From the IMG/VR virus record IMGVR_UViG_3300029171_000026, positions 1 to 37,504 of that record: a stretch of DNA of 37,504 bases. One strand, 5' to 3'. How positions within the stretch are numbered: the stretch's first letter is position 1; every line of letters starts with the position of its first letter. The notes under the pieces were generated by a model that was not told the DNA's origin, searched no databases, and worked only from the letters and a program-made list of their open reading frames with translations. The translations under genes were made by a program, and so were the position numbers. This document shows positions 34,280 to 37,504 of this stretch, one piece after another. The DNA comes from a virus (lineage: Duplodnaviria > Caudoviricetes).

Positions 34280-34342
34280 CCATATGGCAATCTATAGCCC
34301 TTAGGACAAGCGCAACTGCGCATTTCAGGGGTTCCCATATGG
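34280..34342 (+). promoter_or_regulatory. Hairpin sequestering portal RBS/start codon
   Basis: CCATATGG at 34280 and 34335 pair; inner CCCT/AGGG and GCGC/GCGC. Confidence 0.45.
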
Positions 34343-36594
34343 ATAAAGATAAATCTAGTGTTGTCCAACGCGCTAAAGACAAATTCGAGAACGACAAGAA
34401 GCACTGGGATCAGATCTATAACCTTGCCCGTGAAGACCTAGAGTTTCTGTCAGACGAGCCGTTAGCACAGTGGACAAGCTCGGAAGCGCAAGACCGTATT
34501 GATACAGGTCGTCCAGTTTACACCGTTGATCAGCTATCCCAATTCGTTCACCAAGTCGCCAACGATATTCGGATGAATACCCCGTCTATCAATATCATCC
34601 CGACAGGCAGTGAAGCGTCTAAGGAAACGGCAGAGGTCTATAAAGGCCTTATCTCTTCCATCCAGTACAAGTCAAATGCTGATGACAGCTATGATACTGG
34701 CGTTAACTTCTCCATTAAATGCGGTATTGGCTTTATCCGTGTTGAGCATGAATACGAGGAAGAAGACGGATTTAACCAAGAACTATGCGTTAAGCGTGTC
34801 ATTAATCCATTTATGATTTACATCGACAGCGACAGCGTTGAATGTGATGGGCGTGATATGCGTCATGCGAACGTGCTGGAAAAGATTAAAGTAAAGAAAT
34901 TCAAAGAGTTATACGACTTTGACCCTGTTGACTTTACAGATGACAAGACGAACAAACGCAGAACAGACGAAGATGAAATCACCATTTCGGAATACTTCGA
35001 GATCGAAGACCGTATGGAGACAATCGCTCTTGATCAGCTTGGCAACAAGATTGAAGGTTATGTAGAGGGTATGCCAGCCCTGAAGACACGCAAGATCAAG
35101 AAGCCTGTGGTTAAACGCTATAAGCTTTCTGGTCAGGACATTCTGGAGGAGACAGAGTTTCCGGGCAAGTATGTCCCTATCGTTCCAGTATACGGCGAAG
35201 AAATGTGGATTGATGGCAAGCGTCATCTTCTGTCTTTAATCCGTAAGGCTAAAGACGCCCAGCGCATGTTTAACTATTGGAAGTCACTGGAAACAGAGCT
35301 TTTGATGAAACAGCCTAACGCGCCTGTCATGGTTCCTGCCGGTTCTATCGATGATTACAAGGCTGACTGGATTAACCCCCAGAAGTCTATGGCTTTGCGT
35401 TATAACCATGTGGATGATCAGGGCAATCCATACCCACAACCACAACGCTTGGAACCACCGACAATCCCTACAGGTATCGTCAACGCCGCAAGGGAGACTG
35501 TGGACGACATTAAAGCCACAATGGGTCTATACAACGCTTCTATCGGCGCACGTTCAAACGAGACTTCTGGCATTGCTATTCAACGCCGCCAGCAAGAAGG
35601 GGACGTTGCGACATTCCACTTCGCGGATAACCTGACACGCTCTGTCACTCAAGTCGGGCGTATTCTGGTCTGTGCGATTCCTGTGGTCTATGACACCCCA
35701 AGAGCCTTGATGATTATCGGTGAAGAAGAAGAAGTCAAGCAAGTCGGCATTAACGGCGCAATAGTTGACGATCAGGAAGAAAGCTATGACCTGACCCGTG
35801 GCAAGTATGACGTTCGCGTTGTGACCGGCCCAAGCTATACAACAGGCAGACAAGAAGCGGCGGCGGCGTTTATGGAGCTGGTTAAGGCCGATCCATCCTT
35901 GCTTCAAGTTGCCGGTGATCTTGTGTTTAAATATCAGGATTTCCCCGGTGCTTCGGCATTGGCGGCACGACTTAAGAAAACCATTCCGCAGAACCTACTG
36001 GAGGAAAGCGAAAAGGAAGAACTTCAAGCCGCGCCAGATCCAGAAAAGATTCAAATGGGACAGATCATCGAACAGGGTCAACAGGCTATCGGTGAAATGC
36101 AACAGCAGATCCAGACGCTTGAAATGGAGCTGAAGAACAAACAAGAAGAGAACGCTATTAAAGCGCAGTCCGATGCGGCGAAGATCGAGCTTGACCGCAT
36201 GAAGCTGGCACTGGAAAGCCGTAAGCTTGACATTGAAGAACATAAAGTCGCTCTGGAAACTGTCAGTGCGGAGCATGCCCGTATGGTACAGCCACAAGAA
36301 CAGGCGCAAGTCCCTAAACAGATCGAGATCAAGCTGAACTCTGAAGGCGTACAACTGGCAAAGACACCAGAGCAAGAAGCTATGGAGATGGACAAAGACG
36401 CACAGGAAATGGCAATGAGCGAGCGCGAAATGATGCTGAAAGAAGTAAGCATCGAACAATCCAGAGAGAACGCGCAAGCCATCCTAAACGCTTTGACAGG
36501 TGTTCAGTCAGGTCTTGACGCTCTCGCCCAGCAGATTAGCGCACCTAAACGAGTAGTTAGAAACGAAGACGGAACTATTGCAGGGATTGCATAA
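34339..36594 (+). CDS. Portal protein, P22 gp1-like
   Basis: 751 aa; FPGKYVPIVPVYG, AKDAQRMFNY, NETSGIAI..RQ, GPSYTT.RQEA; long C-terminal coiled coil. Confidence 0.93.
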   Translation: MDKDKSSVVQRAKDKFENDKKHWDQIYNLAREDLEFLSDEPLAQWTSSEAQDRIDTGRPVYTVDQLSQFVHQVANDIRMNTPSINIIPTGSEASKETAEVYKGLISSIQYKSNADDSYDTGVNFSIKCGIGFIRVEHEYEEEDGFNQELCVKRVINPFMIYIDSDSVECDGRDMRHANVLEKIKVKKFKELYDFDPVDFTDDKTNKRRTDEDEITISEYFEIEDRMETIALDQLGNKIEGYVEGMPALKTRKIKKPVVKRYKLSGQDILEETEFPGKYVPIVPVYGEEMWIDGKRHLLSLIRKAKDAQRMFNYWKSLETELLMKQPNAPVMVPAGSIDDYKADWINPQKSMALRYNHVDDQGNPYPQPQRLEPPTIPTGIVNAARETVDDIKATMGLYNASIGARSNETSGIAIQRRQQEGDVATFHFADNLTRSVTQVGRILVCAIPVVYDTPRALMIIGEEEEVKQVGINGAIVDDQEESYDLTRGKYDVRVVTGPSYTTGRQEAAAAFMELVKADPSLLQVAGDLVFKYQDFPGASALAARLKKTIPQNLLEESEKEELQAAPDPEKIQMGQIIEQGQQAIGEMQQQIQTLEMELKNKQEENAIKAQSDAAKIELDRMKLALESRKLDIEEHKVALETVSAEHARMVQPQEQAQVPKQIEIKLNSEGVQLAKTPEQEAMEMDKDAQEMAMSEREMMLKEVSIEQSRENAQAILNALTGVQSGLDALAQQISAPKRVVRNEDGTIAGIA

Positions 36595-37483
36595 TGGCTG
36601 GTGAAGATAAGAAAGTAACAGACTTAGGCGCGGCATCGTTACCTTTGTCCGGTACGGAGATTCTCTATGCCGTACAGGGTGGGTTTGATGTTCAACTAAC
36701 ATCGCAAGACATTGCTGATTTAGGCGGTGGTGCAGGGGCTAACACGACTCTGTCTAACCTTGTTTCCCCGACAGCTATCAATCAAACGCTATTACCGGAA
36801 GATGGTACACCTCAAATCGGCTCTGCACTGTTGCCATGGTCTGCTGGTTATTTTGCCAATCTTTCATATGACGGCACTTTGAATATTAGCCTTCCGAACC
36901 GAACAATGAGTGATAGCGCGGATAAGCTTTCTATTGATTGGAATGAAAGAGCTTTATACGGCCCAGCCGGTACGGTTGTTGCTGAATATGCAACTGACGA
37001 TTTTCGCCTAGCAGATAGCGGCAACAGACTTGGCCTATACGACACCGCAAACGGTGGCTATGGGTATATCAGCATCAGTGACGGTGAGATCTACCAAAGA
37101 AGCACGTACAACACACTGTTTAATTTTATCTTTAACACATCTCACAACATGCACCTGTCTGCCGGTGTTTTGACAGATGAAAGATATGTAAACCTACCAG
37201 ATGCGAGCGCAACGCTTGCTGTATCTGTCAACAGTGTTGGTGCGGATGACGCTGGCAATATTATATTACCGCTTCCGAGCATTGATATTCAAACATTCAC
37301 TTCATCGGGAACATGGACGAAACCGGCAGGGGCAAAGCGTGTCACTGTATACCTTCGCGCCGGTTCTGGCGGTGCTGGATCTGGTCGCCGTGGTGCTTCT
37401 GCTTCTGGTCGTTTTGGCGGCGGTGCTGGCGTTGCGGCTGCTTTGGTTCAAGGTATATTTAACGCAACAATCCTTGGCGCAAC
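36594..37483 (+). CDS. N-terminal part of glycine-rich fibre-like protein (continues at 137-794 via overlap; absent from ORF track)
   Basis: TAATG coupling to portal; MAGEDKKVTDLGAASLPLSGTE...IQTFTSSGTWTKPAGAKRV, open to the end of the overlap. Confidence 0.85.
37368..37483 (+). repeat. 116-bp terminal direct repeat, copy 2
   Basis: Identical to 21-136. Confidence 0.95.
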
Positions 37484-37487
37484 CCCC

Positions 37488-37504
37488 GATCGTGACTGGG
37501 AAAC
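37488..37504 (-). other. Amplification primer tag (artefact)
   Basis: Reverse complement of 1-17. Confidence 0.92.

Overview
The window is an essentially complete, circularly permuted ~37.35 kb dsDNA tailed-phage genome. Both ends carry the same 17-nt random-amplification (SISPA-type) primer tag, and a 116-bp terminal overlap joins a fibre gene split across the ends. The virion module is P22-like (podovirus): terS, terL, portal, scaffold, coat, gp4/gp10-like tail proteins, three ejection proteins and a tail fibre. It is followed by a GH108 endolysin and spanin lysis cassette. The centre holds divergent modules: recombination to the left (ERF, SSB-like, NinB, RusA, GapR) and replication to the right (O-like initiator with iterons, DnaB-like helicase). 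Two arms of small early genes flank these modules. GapR and CtrA-like boxes point to an alphaproteobacterial host. I recognise no integrase or CI-type repressor. Three observations stand out. (1) The two early arms are mirror-symmetric about ~25.0 kb and share only short near-identical DNA boxes (12-51 bp) that bound unrelated gene interiors, suggesting box-guided module shuffling or inversion. (2) There is a set of candidate RNA regulators: a c4/CI-like three-stem RNA whose loop matches the replication-gene RBS, a ~60-nt promoter/terminator-bounded sRNA complementary to early-gene RBSs, and twin conserved intergenic hairpins. (3) An identical 16-nt start-associated repeat precedes four genes. 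All family assignments come from motif recognition by eye, not database searches.
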